Source: an uncultured delta proteobacterium (GTDB taxonomy: Bacteria > Desulfobacterota > Binatia > DP-6). From it: a stretch of 64,000 nucleotides of DNA. Positions 1 to 9,625 of the stretch are shown here, in pieces. Within the stretch, counting starts at the first letter, position 1; each line of letters opens with the position of its first letter. Both the position numbers and the translations under genes were made by a program. The stretch is from positions 736,001 through 800,000 of the forward strand of contig CAWFFN010000009.1 in the NCBI GenBank assembly GCA_963815115.1, written 5' to 3'. The notes under the pieces were generated by a model that did no database searches, was not told the origin of the DNA, and saw only the letters and a program-made list of their open reading frames with translations.

Positions 1-1627
1 AGCGCACCACGAACTGCCCGGGCAGAGACACGGCGCCCGGGCCGGGCAGACCCTCGTAGAAGTTCAGAGTCCCGTTCGTACTTGCCGCGACGCAGAACAC
101 GCTTGCGAGCGTCACGGGGGCCGCGGTCCCGATGCTGAGCGGTCCGGCAGCCGAGCCCGCCTCCGTGATCGCTCGACACGAGGACTGCCCGAAGCAGCCG
201 GACGTTCCGGGTGGTCCGAAACCCTGCCCCGGGCAGAAGTTGCCATCGGAGGGGCGGGAGTAGGAAGCGGCCGTGGTGAGCGGTGAAAGATTGATGCTCG
301 TCAGCGCGAGGTGTTGACCGTCGATGCACTGGATCGACGGCAGGCCAAGCATGCAGGGATGTGCGGCGTCGGCGCCACCCGTCGGGCAGTCGCGCGTCAG
401 GCCAACCGAGCTCGTCGATGTGCAGGGCAGACCCGTACGGGGACCGCGATCGCATGTGCCCGTCGCGGGGCTGCTGGGGCTGGCGGCTACCGGCGAGCCG
501 CCGGCCCGGCAGCGCGGGCACGCCTGGCCCACGTTGCCCGTCATGTAGATGTCCGAGACCAGGGAGGCGTTGATTGCCGACGTGCCGGTGGATAGGTCGA
601 GCGTCCCGCTGGCCGGCGCCTCGTAGGCGTTCAGCACACAGAAGCTGTACGAGGGGATGGCCGTATTGGGGGCCTCCAGCGGGGCGCCGAAGTTGCAGCC
701 CGCGGCGGTGCAGTCGGGCTCGGTGCTGTTGACGCCGGGTGTGGTGGACGTCGCGCCGATCGTGCAGCTCGGGCCGCTGCAGCTGAGCCCGAACCGGTTG
801 GTAGCGCCGTCCCGAGCCAGGCTCTCCTGGGCGACCGAATCGGCGCCTCCGACGTCGAGTCCGCCGCAGGGGAGGGTCTTGAGCACGACGTTCGATCCAT
901 CCCTCGCATCGCCGCATGTGCCAGCGGCGGCGGTGGTGGTGAAGTCCAGGCTGCCGGGAGGCTGCAGGAGCATCGTGAAGTCCGCGATGCACGAGTCTCC
1001 GATCGCCTCGAGGTCCATCTGGTTGCCGATCGGTTGCGTGCAGTCGTTGCCGGGCTTGCTCTCCAGCTTGACGAAGCAACCCTTCGACGGGTCGGCGCCG
1101 CCATCGTATCGCGCCTTGGCCTTGTCGATGCAGCCGCCGAAATTCGGGTCCTCCGGCTTTCCGGGCGTCGCTGCTTTCTGGAAGCACACCAGGATGCTCT
1201 TCAGCATCCTCGCGATGCAGCGCTGCTTGCCCACGCCGCAGGACGACTGATCGAGGGGCGGCGGGTCGATACCGGCCATCAAGGCGTCCACGCAGGAGTC
1301 GACGCGCACTTCCGCCGCGGCGGTGTCGTCGAACGTGGCGCAGTCGTTGCCAGGCTTGCTCTCGAGCCTCTGGAAGCAGCCCCTGGCGGGATCGGTGCCG
1401 CCGTCGAACTTGGTCCTCGCCCGGTCGATGCAGCCGCCGAAGTCCGGGTCGGGTGGTCGGCCCGGGGTCTCGGCCTTCTCCTCACACGTCAGCAGCGAGG
1501 CGGCCTTCGTCGCCATGCACTTGTTCTTGGCGGCGATACACTTGCGCTGCATCGCCCACGAGCCTCCGCTCAGGAGGCATGCCGTGGTCAGGGTCGTGAC
1601 GAAGACAGCCGTCGATCGGTGGATCAT
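1..1627 (-). CDS. Secreted cysteine-rich protein with two tandem ~95-aa Cys-rich repeats; 3' end runs off the window
   Basis: Not in the ORF track because there is no stop in the window. Manual translation from ATG 1627 (SD GGAGG upstream): MIHRSTAVFVTTLTTACLLSGGSWA signal peptide, then two copies of K..C.....L.C..KA.TPG.P.DP.FGGCID.A....DGG.DP..GCF..LESKPGNDC; open to ...LPGQFVVR at position 2. Confidence 0.85.
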   Translation of the reverse strand, partial: MIHRSTAVFVTTLTTACLLSGGSWAMQRKCIAAKNKCMATKAASLLTCEEKAETPGRPPDPDFGGCIDRARTKFDGGTDPARGCFQRLESKPGNDCATFDDTAAAEVRVDSCVDALMAGIDPPPLDQSSCGVGKQRCIARMLKSILVCFQKAATPGKPEDPNFGGCIDKAKARYDGGADPSKGCFVKLESKPGNDCTQPIGNQMDLEAIGDSCIADFTMLLQPPGSLDFTTTAAAGTCGDARDGSNVVLKTLPCGGLDVGGADSVAQESLARDGATNRFGLSCSGPSCTIGATSTTPGVNSTEPDCTAAGCNFGAPLEAPNTAIPSYSFCVLNAYEAPASGTLDLSTGTSAINASLVSDIYMTGNVGQACPRCRAGGSPVAASPSSPATGTCDRGPRTGLPCTSTSSVGLTRDCPTGGADAAHPCMLGLPSIQCIDGQHLALTSINLSPLTTAASYSRPSDGNFCPGQGFGPPGTSGCFGQSSCRAITEAGSAAGPLSIGTAAPVTLASVFCVAASTNGTLNFYEGLPGPGAVSLPGQFVVR

Positions 1628-1733
1628 CGCCTTCCTCCCTTCTTGAACCGACCCCGAACCCGACCTGCCCTCCACATCGGGTGCGGGTCCGGAAACCTGG
1701 CAGGAGCGACCACGGCGGTTCACCCCCCGACGA

Positions 1734-2987
1734 TCAGCGTCCGGCGGCAACCAGCGCCGCGACGGTGAACCAGTCGTCGGTCACACCCGCTTTCTCGCCC
1801 TGGTGGAAGTACCAGCCCTGCTCGCCCGGGAAGCGCGGACTGGGAAGCGACACCCTCGTCGCGTGCTCGAGCTGCATGTCGACCATGACGACCGCCGGCG
1901 CGAAGGGCATCTCGTCTTCGTAGGCGATCGCGTTGCTGCCCGGGACCGACTGCCGGAAGCTCACGTCGTTGATCCAGATCTTCCACAGCTCGCCGGAGCG
2001 ATCGTAGATGTCGGAGTACGGGATGCCCCAGCTCTCCTTGTCGACGAAGAGCACGCGCTTCGAGTAGGCGTACTGCGGCAGCTTCGACGTTCCCTCGAGC
2101 ACGTACACCTTGCGCTTCTCCCACACGTCGTCGAACGCCCAGTCGACCTTGTCGTGCCACTTGACGGGGAAGTGCTCGGCGTGGGCGACGGCGAGGATCT
2201 CCTTCTCGCCGAGGTACTTCCAGTCCATCCAGGCGACCTGCCCGGCGTAGCCGTAGTAGCTGTCGACGTCGGTGTCCTGACCGAAGAGCGCGTCCGAGCG
2301 CTGCGCGCTGGACAGCCGCCGGACACGCCGGAGCGATGGGAGATAGAGCCAGGAGTCGTCCTGCTTGGAGGACTCGATGTAGCGGTTGCCGAGCGCGCCG
2401 ACGCCCTTCAGGTCGAAGGGCTCGAGGATGGGATAGAGACCCTGCTGCGCTCGATAGCCGTTGGGGTTCGGCTTCTCGGGCTTCGGGTCGACGTAGAGGC
2501 GACCCGTCCAGAAGAGGCGGCGGAAGTGATCGAGGAGAAAGTGGCGCTCGACCGCCATCGGGCCGTTCGGCGGGATCGAGCCCGTGTCGGCGTCGAAGTT
2601 TCGCAGGTCGGTGTCGTCGATCCCGTTGACGAACCCGTACTCGTAGTTCCACATGATCTTGAGCGCGAGCTGCGGGTCCTTCGGATCGAGGTTCGGGAAC
2701 GGCTGCCCGGCCACGTAGTTCTGGACGGTCAACCCATCCGCCGACAGCTTCACCTGCGGCGCGTACCTCTCGGTGGCGTCCTTGTAGGCCTTCGGCCACT
2801 CGACGCGCTTCGGCTCCGTGACCGTGATCGGGAACCCGCGCCTGACGCACCACTCCATCCCGGGCGAGAGGAGTCCCCTGGCCTTCTCGACGTTGCCTGC
2901 GTTGATCGTGTCTCCGGGTACGACCTCGGCTCGCGTATGCGCAGCAAGGATCATGACTGCTGCAATCGTCCAGAGCGTACGGTGCAT
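1734..2987 (-). CDS. DUF1329 family periplasmic/outer-membrane lipoprotein-sorting-like protein
   Basis: Start moved to MHRTLW (SD GGAGG); signal peptide; G.PFP..DP.DP....KIMWN, W.YLPSLRRVRR and YDRSGELWK motifs. Confidence 0.85.
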   Translation of the reverse strand: MHRTLWTIAAVMILAAHTRAEVVPGDTINAGNVEKARGLLSPGMEWCVRRGFPITVTEPKRVEWPKAYKDATERYAPQVKLSADGLTVQNYVAGQPFPNLDPKDPQLALKIMWNYEYGFVNGIDDTDLRNFDADTGSIPPNGPMAVERHFLLDHFRRLFWTGRLYVDPKPEKPNPNGYRAQQGLYPILEPFDLKGVGALGNRYIESSKQDDSWLYLPSLRRVRRLSSAQRSDALFGQDTDVDSYYGYAGQVAWMDWKYLGEKEILAVAHAEHFPVKWHDKVDWAFDDVWEKRKVYVLEGTSKLPQYAYSKRVLFVDKESWGIPYSDIYDRSGELWKIWINDVSFRQSVPGSNAIAYEDEMPFAPAVVMVDMQLEHATRVSLPSPRFPGEQGWYFHQGEKAGVTDDWFTVAALVAAGR

Positions 2988-3106
2988 GCATCCCTCCAGC
3001 TCGACTGCTGCCGTGGATCGTCCACGGCGCGTCTCTCGAAGACAATCGTCTGATGTGCCGGCCGGCACCTCGTGATCGTCCCGACCGGGCGATGTGCGTG
3101 TACCGT

Positions 3107-3135
3107 CGTACGGTGCCCTCCGCCCGACGGATCAC
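3107..3135 (-). promoter_or_regulatory. Putative ECF sigma promoter facing the DUF1329 gene
   Basis: GTGATCCG-N14-CCGTACG on the minus strand; same motif and spacing as the plus-strand copy at 3169-3197. Confidence 0.7.
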
Positions 3136-3168
3136 CTTCGGCGAAGCATTCCTGCCGAGACCGGGCCG

Positions 3169-3197
3169 GTGATCCGATCGCGCGGTCGTCCCGTACG
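3169..3197 (+). promoter_or_regulatory. Putative autoregulatory ECF sigma promoter
   Basis: GTGATCCG-N14-CCGTACG directly upstream of the ECF sigma gene; CGTA is a typical ECF -10 element. Confidence 0.7.
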
Positions 3198-3234
3198 TGG
3201 AAGGGGGAGCCGCAACGACCTCGAGCGCGTGACG

Positions 3235-3903
3235 ATGTCGTCCCGTTTCCGAATGCTACCGGCCCGCTGCGAGCGCATGGTCGACAAGCGCCCGATCCGC
3301 GAGTCGCTGCGGATCGCGAAGGTGGCCAGGCCGTCACGAGACCGAGCCGATGCGGACGACGTCGCCCTGCTGCTGGCCGTGGCCGGTGGCGATCGGGACG
3401 CCTATGCGATGCTCTACCATCGTCACAGCGCGGCGCTGCTCGGCTTGCTCTTCCAGATCCTTCGCAGTCGAGCCGAGGCGGAGGACGTGCTGCAGGAGGT
3501 CTTTCTCCAGGTGTGGAGACAGGCGGGCGACTTCGACGCGGAACGCGGAAAGCCCGCCGTGTGGCTCGTGATGCTGGCCCGCAGCCGCGCGCTCGATCGC
3601 CTGGAGACGATCGCGGCACGACGGCGGACGCTCAACCGGTCGTCGGACGCGATCTCGGAGAGCGCGCCGGACGCCGCCGAGCACGCGATCTGGGCCGAGG
3701 ATCGCTCCCGGCTCGTCGAGGCGCTGGCCGACATCCCCGATGCGCAGCGCGAGGTGATCCTCCTCGCGTACTTCGGTGGGCTCAGCCAGACCGAGGTGGC
3801 CGTGCGCCTCGACAAGCCCCTCGGCACCGTCAAGTCGCTCGCGCGGCTGGGGCTGGAGAAGCTGCGGAGACGGCTCCGGCTCCGGAACGAGGACGTGCGA
3901 TGA
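3235..3903 (+). CDS. ECF RNA polymerase sigma-70 factor, SigK-like
   Basis: Region 2 AEDVLQEVFLQVWRQA..FD..RG...WL...ARSRALDRL and region 4 LAYFGGLSQTEVA..L..PLGTVKS..RLGL.KLR; start codon uncertain (3229-3277). Confidence 0.92.
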   Translation: MSSRFRMLPARCERMVDKRPIRESLRIAKVARPSRDRADADDVALLLAVAGGDRDAYAMLYHRHSAALLGLLFQILRSRAEAEDVLQEVFLQVWRQAGDFDAERGKPAVWLVMLARSRALDRLETIAARRRTLNRSSDAISESAPDAAEHAIWAEDRSRLVEALADIPDAQREVILLAYFGGLSQTEVAVRLDKPLGTVKSLARLGLEKLRRRLRLRNEDVR

Positions 3904-4682
3904 AGCACGTGGACGCGCACGAGATGCTCGCGCTGCATGCGCTCCGCGCGCTGCGGCGGCGAGACGCGCAAGGCGTCGAGGCGCATCTCGACGGGTGCGA
4001 GGCGTGTCACGCCGAGCTGGTCGATCTCGAGGAGGTGGTGGCGGAGCTGGCCCGAGCCGCACCGCCTCTGACGCCGTCCGAGGACGCCACCAGGCGGATC
4101 CTCGACGTGCCCTCGGGCGCTCCGGCCGAGCGACGTGCCCGTGGCGGCCGGCGTCCGGCGACTATCCGCGGTGGACGGTGCCGTGGCATGCGGCCGCTGC
4201 GGATCGTGACGGGCCTCGCCGTCGCTGCCGTGCTCGCGATGCTCGTCGTCTCCCACATGAGCCTGCGGCGTCGCCTCGAGCGCGCCACGGCGATGCTGGC
4301 TCACGGGCAGGAGCTGCTCGCCTTCATGAGCTCGCCGGAGGTCGTCACCTTCGCCCTCACGCCCGCCGACCCGATCCCCGATGCCCGCGCGCTCGTCTCC
4401 TATGACCGGCGCTCGGGGCGGGTCGTCGTCGTGAGCTTCGATCTGCCGCCGCCGCCCGCGGGCAAGGTCTACCAGCTGTGGCTCATCGCGGACGACGTGC
4501 GACCCGGCGGGATACTGCCCTCCGACCGGGGCGCAACGGTCGTGCGCGCGCGCTCGTCACCCGACAGGCGCGACGGTCCGTTCTTTGCCATCACCGCGGA
4601 GCCTTCTCCCGGAGAGCCGGATCCGACCGGCGACATCGTTCTCCTGGGGGGACCGTCCCGGTCGCTGCGGTCTGCACGCTGA
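3900..4682 (+). CDS. Anti-sigma factor (zinc-binding HxxxCxxC, TM helix, RskA-like C-terminal domain)
   Basis: ATGA overlap with the sigma gene; HLDGCEAC motif; TM segment; LPPPPAGKVYQLWLI and FAITAEP..G...PTG motifs. Confidence 0.88.
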   Translation: MKHVDAHEMLALHALRALRRRDAQGVEAHLDGCEACHAELVDLEEVVAELARAAPPLTPSEDATRRILDVPSGAPAERRARGGRRPATIRGGRCRGMRPLRIVTGLAVAAVLAMLVVSHMSLRRRLERATAMLAHGQELLAFMSSPEVVTFALTPADPIPDARALVSYDRRSGRVVVVSFDLPPPPAGKVYQLWLIADDVRPGGILPSDRGATVVRARSSPDRRDGPFFAITAEPSPGEPDPTGDIVLLGGPSRSLRSAR

Positions 4683-4718
4683 ACGTCGAGCGCCGCCGGG
4701 CGGAGACGTGGAACCGGT

Positions 4719-5216
4719 TCAGCGCTCGCGCGCCATGATCGCGCGTTCCTCGGCGTTCATCTTGTTCCGGATGCGCGAGCCGTTGCCGAGATGACGCACG
4801 GAAGGCGGTCCGCCCTCCGAGAAGAGCTCCTCGTAGGGCTGCGCCGGGACGTACTCGGCCGGCTTGTGATCGCCGATCTCGACGCCGAGCAGCTTCTCGA
4901 CCAGGTCGACGTCGTACATGCGGATCGCGTCGTAGTCGGTCAGCAGGGCGCACACCTCGACGCAGATGTAGCAGCCGATGCATTCCTGGAAGCGGTCCTG
5001 CACCGGCTGCACCCCGCGGCCGGCGACGCTGCCCGGCGCGAGGTATTCGATGCACTGCACCGGACAGAACTCCGGGCACTTGCCGCACGGGAAGCAGAGG
5101 TTGACGTCCATGAACGCCACCTCGCGCGGGCGTTTCTTCTTCTCCCCGGATTCGTCGGGCACGTCCGGGACGCGCTCCTCCTTGAGCCGCCGCCGGATGA
5201 CGTCGATCGCCGACAT
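4719..5216 (-). CDS. 2x[4Fe-4S] ferredoxin-domain protein
   Basis: CFPCGKCPEFCP and CIGCYICVEVC motifs. Confidence 0.85.
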   Translation of the reverse strand: MSAIDVIRRRLKEERVPDVPDESGEKKKRPREVAFMDVNLCFPCGKCPEFCPVQCIEYLAPGSVAGRGVQPVQDRFQECIGCYICVEVCALLTDYDAIRMYDVDLVEKLLGVEIGDHKPAEYVPAQPYEELFSEGGPPSVRHLGNGSRIRNKMNAEERAIMARER

Positions 5217-5349
5217 GGCGGCACTCTCGCATGCGCGTGAGCAGGTGCCAACCCGGTATCGCGGCGGCGGACCGGGTCGGCCGCCGAAGTTTTGGTCTGG
5301 ACCGATCGCGAGGCGCCGCTAGGGTGACACCTACGAAGGAGGGACCGAC

Positions 5350-5700
5350 ATGCGCCGACTCATCCCGCTCGTCATCACGGCATTCCTGGCGACCAGCGTG
5401 TTGCCCGTGTTCGCCGCCACCGTTCTTCAGCGCGAGAACAAGCAGGAGCGTCGCATCCAACGCGGCATCAAGAACGGGAAGCTCACGCCAAAGGAGACGA
5501 CGCGCCTGCGCAACCAGGAATCGGTCATCAACCTGCAGCGGGCCCAGGCCAAGCAGGACGGCAAGATCACCGGCCGCGAGCGCGCCGACATGCAGCACGA
5601 TCTGAACCGACTCAACAAGGACATCCACCGCAAGAAGTACAACAAGAAGCGCGTGCACTATCAGAGCCACCATCACCACCACCATCACCACCACCGCTAG
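5350..5700 (+). CDS. Small secreted helical protein with C-terminal His8 tail
   Basis: SD GGAGG; signal peptide ending VFA; RI..G...G.LT..E..RL repeats; ends HYQSHHHHHHHHR. Confidence 0.8.
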   Translation: MRRLIPLVITAFLATSVLPVFAATVLQRENKQERRIQRGIKNGKLTPKETTRLRNQESVINLQRAQAKQDGKITGRERADMQHDLNRLNKDIHRKKYNKKRVHYQSHHHHHHHHHR

Positions 5701-5729
5701 GCGAGGGACGGTGGCCCGGCCGCCGCGCC

Positions 5730-6146
5730 TCAGCCGTGGCGCGCGAGCACGGCACTCGTCAGGACGGCGAAGAGCATGATCATGAGCGCGGCGAAGGGGT
5801 GCTGGGTGGCGATCGCCCCGGCGGCGACCCCCACGCAGGACCCCGTCAGGCGCCCGTCCTCGCGGCGCACGAACGAGATGATGCCGAGCACGAGCGCGGC
5901 GAACCCCAGGACGGCAGAGGTCGTCGCGATCCGTTGACGCCACACGCTCGGCGCGCTCGCGGGGTCGGTGGCCTGTGAGGCCGGCGGCAGCCCGAGCGCC
6001 CGGCGCCCCACCCACGCGATCCAGCCGCTCTCCCAGCCGGAGACCGGCTCCGTCTCGGGCGACACCCACCCGGGAAGCAGCGCGAGACCCAGCGCGAAGA
6101 TCCCGACGGCGAGACCAGCCCAGCCGAACTCCCGACCCCTGGTCAT
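5730..6146 (-). CDS. Hypothetical membrane protein
   Basis: 138-aa ORF with 3-4 hydrophobic segments. Confidence 0.6.
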   Translation of the reverse strand: MTRGREFGWAGLAVGIFALGLALLPGWVSPETEPVSGWESGWIAWVGRRALGLPPASQATDPASAPSVWRQRIATTSAVLGFAALVLGIISFVRREDGRLTGSCVGVAAGAIATQHPFAALMIMLFAVLTSAVLARHG

Positions 6147-6256
6147 CCGGGAAGCCCTCTATGCGTTCGCGCGGCGCCGGCGCAACCTGCGGCTGCGGGA
6201 TAGCTCGCGCCGCACGACGCCATCCGGTATGTTCGGCCGTCATGGAGCGGGGCAAG

Positions 6257-7390
<1,134 letters not shown>

Positions 7391-7394
<4 letters not shown>

Positions 7395-8005
7395 GCGGCA
7401 GCACGCGGGCGGCGGAGATCCTCGCCGCCACCGGCGCGGTGATCACCGGCAGCCACGTCGTCTACACCTCCGGCCGCCACGGCAGCGCCTACGTGAACAA
7501 GGACGCGGTCTACCCGCATCCGGTGCACGTCTCGGAGCTCTGCCGGCTGTTCGCCGATGCCGCCGCGCCCTGTCGCCCGGAGGTCGTCTGCGGGCCGGCG
7601 CTCGGCGGCATCATCCTGTCGCAGTGGACGGCCCATCACCTCGGTGCCCTCGCGGTGTACGCGGAGAAGGTGCCGGAGGGCGGCCTCGCGCTGCGCCGGG
7701 GCTACGATCGCCTCGTCGCGAGGCGGCGGGTTCTGGTGGTCGAGGACATCCTCACCACGGGCGGGTCGGTGCGGCAGGCGGTCGCGGCGGTGCGGGCCGC
7801 CGGCGGCGAGGTGGTGATGGCTGCCGCCCTGTGCAATCGCGGCGGCGTCACCGCCGCCGAGCTCGGCGTGCCGGCGCTCGCCTCGCTGGTCACGCTGTCG
7901 CTCGACTCGTGGGAGGCGTCCGCGTGTCCGCTCTGCCGGGACCACGTGCCGATCAACACCGACGTCGGCAAGGGCCGGGAGTTCGTGGCGTCGCACCATG
8001 CGTAG
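7391..8005 (+). CDS. pyrE: Orotate phosphoribosyltransferase
   Basis: H..YTSGRH...Y, PRPP-binding VLVVEDILTTGGS, NRG motif; GTGA coupling to prfB. Confidence 0.88.
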
Positions 8006-8693
8006 GCCGGCCGCTGGCCTCATTCCGTGGGTGTTCTTGCTCGGGCTCCCGGGCTGCATGCGCACCCTCGGGCTGGAGCCGCCGCGGCTCGATCCGTCGG
8101 CCACCTTCTCCGCCTATCGCACGCACGACGGCTTCACGATCGCCCGCGCCGAGGGAGGAAAGTCCGGCAGCATCGATCCGGCAGGATGGTCGGGCTGGGC
8201 GCCGACGTTCCACGTCGTGCTGGCAGGATCGACGATCGCCGACCTCCGTCTCGAGTCGCCGGGACACGTGGAGATCCGCGATCCGGCCAACCCGGGTGGT
8301 CCGCTCATGGGAGAGATCGTTCCCGCCTGGGAGGACGGGGCGATCCGGCTGACCATGCGTGCTCCGAAGGAGGAGACGCTGCACACCCGGTCGTTCCGCC
8401 GCACGGAGACGACCTCGGGGCTCGCCGTGCTCACCCGCAACACGCAGATCACGCTCGACATGCGTGGAACGTATCGCGGGGAGGTGCGGGACGAGAGCTC
8501 CCTGCCCGACGGCTGGTACCAGGTCGGCGTCTGGGAGCCGTCCGGACGCCGGGTGTACGAGAGCAACGTCCCACGTGACTTCACCGTCGCCGAGGCGGCG
8601 GCGGTGGCGGTCGCGCTCGACGCGGAGGTCGACTTCATCCGCCGCACGGCAACCAACGCGTATCGCGGCTCGATGGGTGGCTTCGAGCGCTGA
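7998..8693 (+). CDS. Hypothetical lipoprotein
   Basis: Basic N-terminus, hydrophobic core and lipobox-like LPGC; overlaps the pyrE stop. Confidence 0.6.
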   Translation: MRRPAAGLIPWVFLLGLPGCMRTLGLEPPRLDPSATFSAYRTHDGFTIARAEGGKSGSIDPAGWSGWAPTFHVVLAGSTIADLRLESPGHVEIRDPANPGGPLMGEIVPAWEDGAIRLTMRAPKEETLHTRSFRRTETTSGLAVLTRNTQITLDMRGTYRGEVRDESSLPDGWYQVGVWEPSGRRVYESNVPRDFTVAEAAAVAVALDAEVDFIRRTATNAYRGSMGGFER

Positions 8694-8845
8694 GCGACGG
8701 AGGCTCTGCGGTCTCGCGGCCCCCTTCCCCAGACGAGGGCGGAGGTGGCATGCTCCGCGCACGCGGGAGGACAGCAAGGTCGCATCGTAGCTAGCCGCCT
8801 CCGCCCGGGATCCCCGGGCGGGGTTGACGGAACGGAGGCAGGACG

Positions 8846-9625
8846 ATGCGGGGACGGCTCGTCGGCGGGCTCACGATCGCCGTCGTGGTGCTGGTCGCGC
8901 GCCAGGCAGGCGCGGCGGCCTTCTACATCCAGGAGCAGAGCGTGGCCGGCACGGGGCGCGCCTATGCGGGCGAGAGCGCCGTCGCGGACACGCCGGCGAC
9001 GATCTTCTTCAACCCCGCCGGGCTGACCTACCTCGAGCGCCCCCAGGTGATGGGGGCAGGCTACGCCATCCTGCCCGACGCCAGCTTCGACGACAGGGGG
9101 ACGACGGCGCGAACGCCGGCGACCTTCGGCGCGTTTCGCCGGGTCGGGGGGAACGACGGAGGCAATCCCTACGGGCCCACAGCGCTGGGCAACTTCTACG
9201 CCTCGATGCCGGTCGTCCCCGGACGGCTCTGGCTCGGGCTGGGCGCGACGGCGCCGTACGGCCTCCTCGTGGTCTACAACTCGACCTGGTTCGGGCGCTA
9301 CGACTCGACGAAGAGCCGGCTCGTGACCTTCAACTTCGCGCCCACGGCGGCCGTGCGGGCGACCGACTGGCTCTCCCTCGGCGTGAGCCTCAACATCGAG
9401 CACGCCTATGCACTGCTGCGCAGCGCGCTGCCGAACGCGACCACGCCGGGCGGTCCGACCGCGAAGAGGTCATGCCCCTCGGGCACGCCTGCGTGGCGCA
9501 GAGCGGCGTTCGCTTCTGCCCGACGACGTCGCTCGCCCAGCGCGTCCCGATGCGGGACGGCGTGCCGCTCGACGTCGACGTCACGCTGCCGGCCACGGGC
9601 GACGGTCCATTCCCCGCCATCGTGA
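8846..9625 (+). pseudogene. FadL/OmpP1 long-chain fatty-acid outer-membrane transporter, N-terminal half only
   Basis: Signal peptide then AAFYIQEQSVAGTGRAYAG...IFFNPAGL, LG.TAPYGL and W.GRY motifs; similarity ends near 9460 and the rest is out-of-frame overlap with the next gene. Confidence 0.8.

Noticed and set aside
8801-8821. CCGCCCGGG-ATC-CCCGGGCGG hairpin as a terminator
   Set aside because: No U tract on either strand, and such GC stems arise easily at this base composition
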